Shown here: positions 12,531-23,884 of the stretch, piece by piece
How positions within the stretch are numbered: the first letter of the stretch is position 1
Layout of the letters: each line of letters begins with the position of its first letter
DNA from: Octopus vulgaris
Taxonomy: Eukaryota
Assembly (NCBI GenBank): GCA_951406725.2
Contig: OX597817.1
Coordinates: forward strand, 141,980,001-142,044,000
Direction: 5' to 3'
Length of the DNA: 64,000 nucleotides
Made by a program: the position numbers and the translations under genes
Notes under the pieces: generated by a model
What the model saw: the letters and a program-made list of their open reading frames with translations, nothing else
The model's database searches: none
Told to the model about the DNA's origin: nothing

Positions 12531-13224
12531 GACAAGCTTCTCCAGTTTCCGTCTACTAACACCATTCACAACGCTTTGGTTTGCTCAGGGTTCGATCTCC
12601 TTTAAGGCAGTTCAGCAGGTTTATAATTTGAGCTTTGATATAAACGTTTCTTGTCATTTTGTCCAATGGTTGTATTTTTGCTTATCTACCTTATATTAAT
12701 CAAATTGCTAACGTATTGTTACTCTGCAGATGTTCAAACGTTTTTGTCATAATCTATAAATATATATTATTTTCCAATTTCTTTAACTATTGTATCTCCC
12801 AATCATTTTCCAACCGATGCTAGTCAATTTATAATAGTTATCTATTACATTAAGCACAATTTCTGTCTGTGTTTGCGTTTACTATAATTCATCATTATCA
12901 GTTTTGAGTTAATAGTCTCTAAATACGGTTTCCAGCTTAGTAACTTTATCTCCCAAGTTCATTTCATTTACGAACTTGCTGTCTGCTGTATTTTATCAAT
13001 TGCAATTCCCTCTATCTGTTCTTGTTTATATATTTATTTATATACACATGTAAAAAAAAAGTTGTTGTCAATCAGATTTTGTGCAAAGTTGAGGATATTT
13101 TCATCAGTAATTATGTTTGTATAATTATTTAGCGTACTTAATTACAGATTAGAAAGAGCCCACTATAGGTTAGGAAATTATTATGTGAATCAAAACTAAA
13201 TGGATTTCATATCAAGGCAGGAAG

Positions 13225-13800
13225 TAAGGCGGCAACGTAGACGCTGCGTTAACCCGTCGGACGAAATGCTTAGGGGCATTTCCTCCGCCTTTACGTTCTA
13301 AGTTCAAATTCAGCCGAGGTCGACTTAGCGTTTAATTTTTTCGTGGTAGATACAATAATTGCCAGTTGAACCCCTCTCCCGAAATTGCAGGGTATGTGTC
13401 AAAATGTGAAACCAATATTACGACAGGAAAAACTGAGATATCCTGTAAATTCTTTTGTTTTTACTTTTTTATTTTCCATTGTGTTAAAACACATATTCAT
13501 GAAAAACTGGGAAACTGTTAACAATGCATAAAGTACGCCACCCCAAAGTTCGTGGCTCAATTTATTAAGAAGGAGGTATAAGCGCGCTAAATTTAACAAA
13601 ACGCAGAGCTGAAATTTTGAGTTTAAAGAATATTCAGTTGGCAGTGAGGAAATATTTGCTTCAAATTTTGTCACAAGGCCAGCAATTTCAGGGAGAGAAA
13701 AAAATTGATTACATCGACCTCAGTGCTCAACTGGTATTTATTTTCTCGGCGACAAAAGGATAGAAAGCCAAGTCTACAACGACGGAATTTGAATTCTTCC
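13225..13800. mobile_element. Two family-C SINE fragments (13225-13400 +, 13655-13800 -)
   Basis: GCCGAGGTCGACTT and GATTACATCGACC.CAGT motifs. Confidence 0.6.
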
Positions 13801-14288
13801 ACCTCGCCACCTTACTGTGAGTAATTATTGATAATTAGCATTAGCTTTTTATCACTGAAATATAGAAATACAGAAGTTACTGAAACAGCGAAAAAGAAAA
13901 ACTAAACGAGATTAAAAATATGATATTACATAATATATGGAGGAAACAAGAAACGTTCATATGACCAACTCATAAGAAGCTCAGTGGCATTTCAACGTGA
14001 AGAATGCGGCTTATGGAAATGGAAACTTGAAACAAAGAGAATCACTAATTACAGCCGCTTGGGAACAAGTCATTATAATGAATTTGATAATGATTAAATA
14101 GGGATAATATGCAGTCGAATTGCAAACGTATATGTGTGGAAATTTGGACAAAAGTATTAGACATCTACTATTTATGTTTAGTAATCTAGTAAAAAAGAAA
14201 AAAAAATAGAACGAGTAAACTATAGCGGTAGTTTTATTTTTGGATTTGGTTTGTAAGATTCTTTATGCGAGTTCGTGTACTGAAGCAT

Positions 14289-14599
14289 ATTCTGTTGTGT
14301 CTGGGGAGAGTTATTCTCTTTTTGTGACTTATAATTTAACACACGCACCTGTAATATTTCCACTTATTTCGTTTTTATTTTTCTAAAATTTTCACGTTGC
14401 TTCTTGCAACCTTTCCAATAGTTTTATTTCTATTTACAGGTTCATATAAATATTTTTGGTGTTTATATATTGAAAAGGTTGCAAGACTCAACGAAAATTT
14501 TAGAAAAATAAAAATAGAAATAAGTGGAAATTTTACCGGTGTGTATGTTAAATTATAAGGCCCTGAAAGAGAATGACTCTCCCGAGACACAACAGAATA
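14289..14599. repeat. Inverted repeat, ~130-bp arms, 47-bp spacer
   Basis: 14289-14420 is reverse-complementary to 14468-14599 (TATTCTGTTGTGTCT...TTGCAACCTTT). Confidence 0.85.
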
Positions 14600-14624
14600 T
14601 AGCGGTGGTATTCTATTGAAAGAC

Positions 14625-14870
14625 ATATCATTGCTATTATGAAAAAGCGTCGTAAGTCCAAACCGTTTCTTTTTCAGAAAACGAAAAAATAATTTCAACA
14701 TTCCATAGCAAAACCGTTCTACACCTTGACAATTTTTAATATCTTAGCATCTGAAGCAGCTGGAGATACGATAGTTTGACCAAAAGGACCGGCTATTGCA
14801 AGCAAAAATAAATATTGAAAAGAAAAGCACATTTGGACTTACGGCAGTTTAACATAATAGCAACGATATC
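14625..14870. mobile_element. MITE-like element with ~45-bp imperfect TIRs
   Basis: ATATCATTGCTATTATG...CGTAAGTCCAAA versus TTTGGACTTACG...CATAATAGCAACGATAT. Confidence 0.55.
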
Positions 14871-15985
14871 TAGAATTACAGTCACCAAGAACAGGAAGCA
14901 AAATATACTTGAACGTCAAATTTCTGCCAGTAGTCTTCAGTGTTAATGTATATGAATGCTTACTAGAAATGCTATGAATAAACAACTTCTGCTGCTATAA
15001 TCAGGTGTGTCTCATTCGTTATCCTCGGGAACAATGTATATGATACAATGGATGGCAAGGCTGGTCATTTGCACTGCCCGCACGAGGGCATCCAGTGGAC
15101 TTCCACATAAATCGACTCCGCAGTTTCACTCCAAACACCTAGGTAAACCCGAGGCTTTTGCAATGAAAGTACTTGCCCAAGTTTCTACACAGAGGAATCG
15201 AACCCCGGACACCGAGAACAAAAAAAAACTTCGTACCTATTTACACGTTTCTACGTCTTTAACAATTGTACAACGTTTTTTCCCTTTGCACTTAATTCCA
15301 CTAAAAATTGTTGTAAAAGTTTTGTAACAGCCGTAAACAATATTACGTAACATCATTATGCTAAGAGGTTTTTGAAAAGGATGGTAACCGGTTTGGTAAG
15401 TCCTTATAAACACCAAAAATATTTATATGGAGCTTTAAATAGAAATAAACGGGTACAATGAAGAGGGGAAACAATATAATATTATGCAATGTTCTGTTAT
15501 GTAAAGATATTGAAACAATAAATTTATACAAAAACAGGCCTGGAAATAGCGATGATTAAATCAACAGAGTATGATTCATTTATTCCGGTGTGAGTGAAAA
15601 CGAAACTATTATCGATAGATCAGTGTAGTATACAAAATAAAACTAAATATCAAATATTAGGTAATCGTTATTATTTCATTAGTGAAATACTCCAATTTGA
15701 ATATCGTAAATTTCAGTAAGAACAATTTGAGGATATCTGATGTAAAAATAGAGAATGAGGGCTTCCATAGAGGACACAAGCCATACAGAAATAAATGACG
15801 GAGTGGGTACATTTTTGGTGGTCGATAAGAGAAAGGACAACAGAAGAAATATGAAGGAGTTGTCGTAGACCAACCATAAAAAATGAATAAATTGTTATAT
15901 ACTATTTAATAAACATGCATATTTTCTAGTAGGAAGGACTTAGTGCTTTTTTAGTATTGTATTCTTTGACCCGTCGTAACGTTTC

Positions 15986-16222
15986 TTGTTTATTTATTGC
16001 CCACAAGGGGCTAAACATAGAGGGGACAAACAAGGACAGACAAAGAGAGTAAGTCGATTACATCGACCCCAGTGCGTGACTGGTACTAAATTTATCGACC
16101 CCGAAAGGATGAAAGGCAAAGTCGACCTCGGTGGAATTTGAACCCAGAACGTAACAGCAGACGAGACACCACAAAGCATTTCGCCCGGCGTATTAACGTT
16201 TCTGCCAGCTCGCCACCTTAAA
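15986..16222 (-). mobile_element. Family-C SINE monomer with perfect 15-bp TSD
   Basis: CCGTCGTAACGTTTC at 15971-15985 and 16223-16237. Confidence 0.9.
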
Positions 16223-16286
16223 CCGTCGTAACGTTTCCATTTAGGTTAGAAACTGTTTAATAAACATGCAATTTTCTAGTAGGTAA

Positions 16287-16900
16287 AGGCGGTGAGTTGG
16301 CAGAAAGGTTAGCACGCCGGGCGAAATAGTTAGCGGTATTTCGTCTGCCGCTACGTACTGAGTTCAAATTCCACCGAGGTCGACTTTGCCTTTCATCCTT
16401 TCGGGATCGATAAATTAAGTACTAGTTACACACTGGGGTCGATATAGTCAACTTAATCCGTTTGTCTGTCCTTGTTTGTCCTCTCTGTGTTTAGCCCCTT
16501 GTGGGTAGTAAAGAAATAAGTATTTTGTCTGTCTTTACGTTCTGAGTTAAAATACCTCCGAGGTCGACTTTGCCTTTCATCCTTTCGGGGTCGATAAATT
16601 AAGCACCAGTTACGCACTGGGGTCGATGTAATCGACTTAATCCGTTTCTCTGCCCTTGTTTGTCCCCTCGACGTTTAGCACCTTGTGGGCAATAAAGAAA
16701 TAAGAAACGTTAGCACGCCGGGCGAAATGTTTTATGGTATTTCGTCTGCCGCTACGTTCTGAGTTCAAATTCCGCCGAGGTCGACTTTGACTTTCATCCT
16801 TTAAGGGTCGATAAATTAAATACCAGTTGCATATTGGGTCGATCTAATTCACTGGCTACCCTCTCCCAAAATTTCGGGCATTGTGCCTGGAGTAGAGAAG
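16287..16900 (+). mobile_element. Trimeric family-C SINE
   Basis: Three ~180-230-bp units sharing GAGTTCAAATTCCGCCGAGGTCGACTTTGCCTTTCATCC; one 17-bp TSD AATTTTCT(A/T)GTAGGTAA (16270-16286, 16901-16917) flanks the whole trimer. Confidence 0.85.
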
Positions 16901-17099
16901 AATTTTCTTGTAGGTAATGAGTAAAACTTCAGCTTCATATTAAATTAACTTTTATATGTAACTTGGACTAAAAACGAACATTAACAGTGGTTTCAAAATT
17001 TGGTACAAGGCCATCAATTCGGGGGAGGAGGAAATCGATTACATCGACCCCAGTTTCGACTACACTTATTTTATCGATCGCGAAAGGACCAAAGGCAAG

Positions 17100-17390
17100 G
17101 TCGACCCTGCCGTCTTGGAGAGATGCTGTGTTTGAGAAGACCCAGCGAGCCAAGTGAGATCGTAGCGGTGGCTGATGCCAGTGTCGCATAACCGGCTCGT
17201 TTAAAAGTACTCTTCAATCGTCAAGCAATATACTGTGCTAGAGAAGACCTGTTAGATCAAGTGAGATTATTGTCGTGGCCGATGCCAGTGCTACCTTACC
17301 GTCACCCGTGCCGGTGGTGACACGTATAAAGCACCATTCGAGTGTGGCCGATGCCAGTGTCGCCTGACTGGCTCCGGTGCTCGTGATACT
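17100..17390 (+). repeat. Interspersed repeat with internal GTGGCCGATGCCAGTG subrepeats
   Basis: Motif repeated three times; related sequence at 52080-52560. Confidence 0.55.
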
Positions 17391-17601
17391 GTTATCTAAT
17401 GGAGATTAGTAGGCGTTTGCTCCGCCTGCTAGCGATATATTGTATATAAAGGATGCTGAAGGTTGCATTGAAAACCAGGTAGTGGAGAATCTGCCTGGGG
17501 TTAAACTAGTAGTAACATTCACCTGCCACTTAGATGTATCAATTTATTCTATACGTATATATATATATATATATATGTCAGCAAAGGATATCGAGAGGTG
17601 A

Positions 17602-17687
17602 TGCAGTACGACCATTTCAAGCGGCTCCATTTAATTGTACAATGTAATCATTACATCAGTTTAAATGCAGGTCTATCATCAGCTGCA
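17602..17687 (-). ncRNA. Putative type I hammerhead ribozyme (long stem II family)
   Basis: Reverse strand TGCAG-CTGATGA-[stem II]-GAAATGGTCGTA-CTGCA: stem I TGCAG/CTGCA, GUA triplet; homolog at 38808-38891. Confidence 0.6.
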
Positions 17688-17812
17688 CAAATAGATAGAT
17701 AATTTTACTCATATACATTAACAGAGTAGGAAGATAGAAGAAATCCATGTTGTCGCTATTTTTATATATATATAATATATATATATATATATAATATGTA
17801 TATATATATATA

Positions 17813-17860
<48 letters not shown>

Positions 17861-18269
17861 GTATGTATATGTACATATATAACAACCGTCATGTACTAAT
17901 ACCAAGAAGTACATACACACCTGGCATTCTGAAGACATCAGCAGCCGCAGAATTATCGGTAGTTCCATTATGAAACGACAAATCTTCTCTCTTATATTCA
18001 TGTTACACTTCTCTTTTGCTGTAGTGTATCATTCAACTCTCTTTTTCCTAATTCATGCTGTTAAAAGGTATGCCGTTATTTTTCTTCTCAAATAAAAATA
18101 AAAAGTGAAAAACACAAAGGAAATGAAGAATGACAGTGACACAAAATTTAATTGATTTTTCGCCAAAGAACTAAATTTAAGTAAACATCTTCTTGTAGTT
18201 GTTAACGTTTTTAATTTCTTTTTATATAGTTTTTTTCTCTTCTCCGGGCAGTGTGGATTGCAAAACATG

Positions 18270-18630
18270 GTATAAGCGCTGACATGACTGTGTAGTTATG
18301 AAGCTCGTTTTGCAACCACGCTGTTTCGGGTTCAATCCCATTGCACAATGCCTTGTGGAAGACAGTTGTGTTTGTGTGTGTGGTGCAATGTGGTGTGTGT
18401 GTGTGTGTGCGTGTGTGTGTGCGTGTGTGTGTTTGCGTTTGTCTTCCTTTACCGCCGGACAACTGGTATTGGTTTGCTTACATCCTTGAAACTTACCGGT
18501 TCGGCAAAAGAAACTGATAGAATATGACCAGAGCTAACAATAAGCACTAGAGGCGATTTGGTCAGGCAAACACTTCAAAGCGATCCCCCCAGCATGGCCG
18601 CAGTCCAATGACTAGAGAAAGTAAAAAGAA
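18270..18630 (+). mobile_element. Degenerate family-A SINE
   Basis: GGGTTCAATCCCATTGC B box, (TG)n core, CCAGCATGGCCGCAGTC tail. Confidence 0.7.
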
Positions 18631-18796
18631 GATAAATCAAAAGAAATATTATAACACCGCTTTGAGAATAGCGAGATTCTATAAATATTTGGAATCACAA
18701 TCACATAGTCACGTGTGGCATTATTACCTTACTATTTAAAAACGGAGAAATGATTAGACGAAGTATGCCACTGCCGTCTTTAGTAAATCAAACTTT

Positions 18797-19171
18797 GGAG
18801 ACGCAATGGCCTAGCGGTTAGGGCAGCGGACTCGCAGTCGTAGGATCGCGGTTTCGATACCCAGACCGGGCGTTGTGAGTGTTTATTGAGTGAAAACACC
18901 TAAAGCTCCACGAGACTCCCGCAGGGAATGGGGGCGAACTCTACTGTATCCTTTCGCCATTTTCGCCACTTTCTTTCACTCTTTCTTCTAGTTTCTGTTG
19001 TACCTGTATTTCTAAAGGGCCAGCCTTGTTACACACTGTGTCACGCTGAATCTTCCCTAGAACTACGTTAAGAATACACGTGTCTGTGAAATGCTCGGCC
19101 ACTTGCAAGTTAATTTCACGAGCAGGCTGGAACCCGGATCAACTGGAACCCGCGTCGTCTTAATCGACGGA

Positions 19172-19176
<5 letters not shown>
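18797..19176 (+). mobile_element. tRNA-derived SINE, family B, full length
   Basis: GGAGACGCAATGGCCTAGCGGTTAGGGCAGCGGACTCGC...GGTTTCGATACCC head; ends GACGGAGTGC before (TA)n. Confidence 0.85.
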
Positions 19177-19216
<40 letters not shown>

Positions 19217-19219
<3 letters not shown>

Positions 19220-21752
19220 AGAGTAAATAATTTCTATACAGGCTTTTAAAAAAACCCCAATTATTTACTGGTAGAATTCGGTATGTAAATATAGCCGATT
19301 ACCGGCTGGAACTTCTGTAAAGTTCAGTATATATATTGTATATAAGAAAAAGGGACAGGCAAAACAGGTTGCTTGACCGCATACCGAAAAAATAGAAATA
19401 GCAGTCAAGAATGCTTATTTCTATCAAAGTTGGACTCCGGGCATGACAGACCCTGTAATTCACATATGCAAAACAGAAGGAATAGATAACGAATACGAAG
19501 TCTGGCGGTTATCTGTGAACATCATGTTTCTGGATTATAAACATATTGAATATATATTCCATATATATTTTTGATATATATTTCATATACATTGCATATA
19601 TATTTCACATCCTTCTTCAGCACAGCTTTCCATTGAAAAGGATTTATCATAGATTTATCAAATGCTACGTACCTCAAACCTTCTGACCATGCGACATCAA
19701 AATATTTGAAGAAAGTGAGCAAAAGCTAAACCTACATAGACGTTTGAATTCATAAATCTTCCCTCCAAAATTTTGCCATGCGCATTACAAAAATAGTTCC
19801 ATAAGATGGGGAACAATTAGGTTGTCAAAGGGAGTGAAAAATCCAAATAGTAATATGATAATAAGAGTAAATAATTTCTATACAGGCTTTTAAAAAAAAC
19901 CCAATTATTTACTGGTAGAATTCGGTATGTAAATATAGCCGATTACCGGCAGGAACTTCTGTAAAGTTCAGTATATATATTGTATATAAGAAAAAGGGAC
20001 AGGCAAAACAGGTTGCTTGACCGCATACCGAAAAAATAGAAATAGCAGTCAAGAATGCTTATTTCTATCAAAGTTGGACTCCGGGCATGACAGACCCTGT
20101 AATTCACATATGCAAAACAGAAGGAATAGATAACGAATACGAAGTCTGGCGGTTATCTGTGAACATCATGTTTCTGGATTATAAACATATTGAATATATA
20201 TTCCATATATATTTTTGATATATATTTCATATACATTGCATATATATTTCACATCCTTCTTCAGCACAGCTTTCCATTGAAAAGGATTTATCATAGATTT
20301 ATCAAATGCTACGTACCTCAAACCTTCTGACCATGCGACATCAAAATATTTGAAGAAAGTGAGCAAAAGCTAAACCTACATAGACGTTTGAATTCATAAA
20401 TCTTCCCTCCAAAATTTTGCCATGCGCATTACAAAAATAGTTCCATAAGATGGGGAACAATTAGGTTGTCAAAGGGAGTGAAAAATCCAAATAGTAATAT
20501 GATAATAAGAGTAAATAATTTCTATACAGGCTTTTAAAAAAACCCCAATTATTTACTGGTAGAATTCGGTATGTAAATATAGCCGATTACCGGCAGGAAC
20601 TTCTGTAAAGTTCAGTATATATATTGTATATAAGAAAAAGGGACAGGCAAAACAGGTTGCTTGACCGCATACCGAAAAAATAGAAATAGCAGTCAAGAAT
20701 GCTTATTTCTATCAAAGTTGGACTCCGGGCATGACAGACCCTGTAATTCACATATGCAAAACAGAAGGAATAGATAACGAATACGAAGTCTGGCGGTTAT
20801 CTGTGAACATCATGTTTCTGGATTATAAACATATTGAATATATATTCCATATATATTTTTGATATATATTTCATATACATTGCATATATATTTCACATCC
20901 TTCTTCAGCACAGCTTTCCATTGAAAAGGATTTATCATAGATTTATCAAATGCTACGTACCTCAAACCTTCTGACCATGCGACATCAAAATATTTGAAGA
21001 AAGTGAGCAAAAGCTAAACCTACATAGACGTTTGAATTCATAAATCTTCCCTCCAAAATTTTGCCATGCGCATTACAAAAATAGTTCCATAAGATGGGGA
21101 ACAATTAGGTTGTCAAAGGGAGTGAAAAATCCAAATAGTAATATGATAATAAGGGTAAATAATTTCTATACAGGCTTTTAAAAAAAACCCAATTATTTAC
21201 TGGTAGAATTCGGTATGTAAATATAGCCGATTACCGGCAGGAACTTCTGTAAAGTTCAGTATATATATTGTATATAAGAAAAAGGGACAGGCAAAACAGG
21301 TTGCTTGACCGCATACCGAAAAAATAGAAATAGCAGTCAAGAATGCTTATTTCTATCAAAGTTGGACTCCGGGCATGACAGACCCTGTAATTCACATATG
21401 CAAAACAGAAGGAATAGATAACGAATACGAAGTCTGGCGGTTATCTGTGAACATCATGTTTCTGGATTATAAACATATTGAATATATATTCAATATATAT
21501 TTTTGATATATATTTCATATACATTGCATATATATTTCACATCCTTCTTCAGCACAGCTTTCCATTGAAAAGGATTTATCATAGATTTATCAAATGCTAC
21601 GTACCTCAAACCTTCTGACCATGCGACATCAAAATATTTGAAGAAAGTGAGCAAAAGCTAAACATACATAGACGTTTGAATTCATAAATCTTTCCTCCAA
21701 AATTTTGCCATGCGCATTACAAAAATAGTTCCATAAGATGGGGAACAATTAG
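19217..21752 (-). repeat. Tandem array of a 644-bp HHR-bearing unit (~3.9 direct copies)
   Basis: Unit starts at 19217, 19861, 20505 and 21149; only a few substitutions or indels between copies; starts next to a (TA)n tract. Confidence 0.95.
19513..19625 (-). ncRNA. Putative type I hammerhead ribozyme in the 644-bp unit (also 20157-20269, 20801-20913, 21445-21557 on -)
   Basis: Stem I CTGTG/CACAG, core CTGAAGA, stem II GGAT...ATCC with AU-rich extension, GAAAC-ATGAT-GTT (stem III, GUU triplet). Confidence 0.7.
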
Positions 21753-22672
21753 GTAGCATTTGATAAATCTATGATAAATCCTTTTCAATGGAAAGCTGTG
21801 CTGAAGAAGGATGTGAAATATATATGCAATGTATATGAAATATATATCAAAAATATATATGGAATATATATTCAATATGTTTATAATCCAGAAACATGAT
21901 GTTCACAGATAACCGCCAGACTTCGTATTCGTTATCTATTCCTTCTGTTTTGCATATGTGAATTACAGGGTCTGTCATGCCCGGAGTCCAACTTTGATAG
22001 AAATAAGCATTCTTGACTGCTATTTCTATTTTTTCGGTATGCGGTCAAGCAACCTGTTTTGCCTGTCCCTTTTTCTTATATACAATATATATACTGAACT
22101 TTACAGAAGTTCCTGCCGGTAATCGGCTATATTTACATACCGAATTCTACCAGTAAATAATTGGGGTTTTTTTAAAAGCCTGTATAGAAATTATTTACTC
22201 TTATTATCATATTACTATTTGGATTTTTCACTCCCTTTGACAACCTAATTGTTCCCCATCTCATGGAACTATTTTTGTAATGCGCATGGCAAAATTTTGG
22301 AGGAAGATTTATGAATTCAAACGTCTACGTAGGTTTAGCTTTTGCTCACTTTCTTCAAATATTTTGATGTCGCATGGTCAGAAGGTTTGAGGTACGTAGC
22401 ATTTGATAAATCTATGATAAATCCTTTTCAATGGAAAGCTGTGCTGAAGAAGGATGTGAAATATATATGCAATGTATATGAAATATATATCAAAAATATA
22501 TATGGAATATATATTCAATATGTTTATAATCCAGAAACATGATGTTCACAGATAACCGCCAGACTTCGTATTCGTTATCTATTCCTTCTGTTTTGCATAT
22601 GTGAATTACAGGGTCTGTCATGCCCGGAGTCCAACTTTGATAGAAATAAGCATTCTTGACTGCTATTTCTAT
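21753..22672 (+). repeat. Inverted continuation of the 644-bp array (~1.4 units)
   Basis: Reverse complement of 20680-21600; junction AATTAG|GT|AGCATTTG with GT microhomology; ends in (TA)n. Confidence 0.95.
21796..21908 (+). ncRNA. Putative hammerhead ribozyme in the inverted arm (second copy 22439-22551)
   Basis: CTGTG CTGAAGA AGGAT...ATCCA GAAAC ATGAT GTT CACAG read directly on the + strand. Confidence 0.7.
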
Positions 22673-22710
22673 ATATATATATATATATACACACATATAT
22701 ATATATATAT

Positions 22711-22979
22711 CTACGAGGCTCCGGCAGTGGGTGGTGGCGAACCCTGCTCTATTCATTCGCCACAACCTTCTCCCCCTCTTTCTTCCTGTTTCTGGTGTAC
22801 CTGTATTTGACAAAGCCAGTCTTATCACTCTCTGTGTTACATTGAATCTCCGCGAGAACTACGTTAATGGTACACGTGTTTGTGGAGTGCTCAGCCACTT
22901 GCACGTTCATTTCACGGGCAGGCTTTTCCGTTGATCATATCAACTGGGACTCACGTCGACGTAACCGACTGAGTGCCAC
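22711..22979 (+). mobile_element. 5'-truncated family-B SINE
   Basis: Collinear with 18907-19176. Confidence 0.8.
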
Positions 22980-23554
22980 AAGATCAAACTACCATTTACA
23001 TCCACTATTTTGGTTTCAAAACGTATAGATGAGATCGAATTTAATATGTTGTCATTGTTTCCTTAGTGTACGCTACCACACTGGGAAAGAAGATATGTGA
23101 AGTTTTAGAAAAAGTTTATCTTTTAATATCTCTGAGATAGACTAGCGACGTGTCTAGACACGGCATCGCATTAGCTTACTGTCTTGGATATGGCGATAAC
23201 TGAAATACCTATTAATCTTACTGTCTAATTTTTTGTGTTTAAGGTGAAGACTTAAATCGTATTTAATCAGTTTTATAAATATCATCGCATGCGTACATAC
23301 ACATACATACACGAGCTCACACATACATATACAGACACACGTAAATACATACATATGAAATTATTTTTCTATTCGTCAAATTCGGTGTGTGTGTGTGTAC
23401 TTATTTGTGTTTTTGTGTGTGTGTGTATGTGTAGCTAACAAATATATACAGAATTCATGTAAAGTATTGCAAATAGACATTTTATTAGCTCGAAACACAC
23501 GCGGACACTTACATATCTAATATTTGTATATAAGTATGTATTTATACACACACA

Positions 23555-23614
<60 letters not shown>

Positions 23615-23633
23615 CATACATATATATATATAT

Positions 23634-23855
23634 CACTTTGATCACTTCACTTTGACCGACCAGTCCGTCAGGCGTCCATTTGACACCGTTGGTCACAGCA
23701 CCCTGTCTACTCCTCTCTGGATCGCGCCTTTCTCATCCACGTGATCCCAAGTGTCCTCTTGAAATCGTCACTCCACCGTCGTGGAGGTCTTCCGGGTGGT
23801 CTTTTCCGCTCACGCGGGTACCACTCGACAACTGCGTGCGTCCACCGCATCTGAT
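23634..23855 (-). mobile_element. 3' end of an RTE-clade LINE
   Basis: Translates MRWTHAVVEWYPRERKRPPGRPPRRWSDDFKRTLGITWMRKAR (typical RTE C-terminal WxPxxxKRxxGRPxxRWxDD); short repeated tail; embedded in (TA)n. Confidence 0.85.
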
Positions 23856-23884
23856 ATTTATATATATATATATATATATATATA

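Noticed and set aside
13900-14170. Possible R4-like RT/zinc-finger relic (ESLITAAWEQ)
   Set aside because: A single short motif amid frameshifts
19217-21752. CRISPR-like or satellite interpretation of the array
   Set aside because: No unique spacers; whole units are identical. Low copy number, the HHR and the inversion fit a retroelement better than a classical satellite
19522-22542. Repeated 66-aa ORF MLTFFKYFDVAW... in the 644-bp unit
   Set aside because: TTG start, low-complexity AT-derived C-terminal half, overlaps the HHR, and is broken in the fourth copy; no recognisable domain
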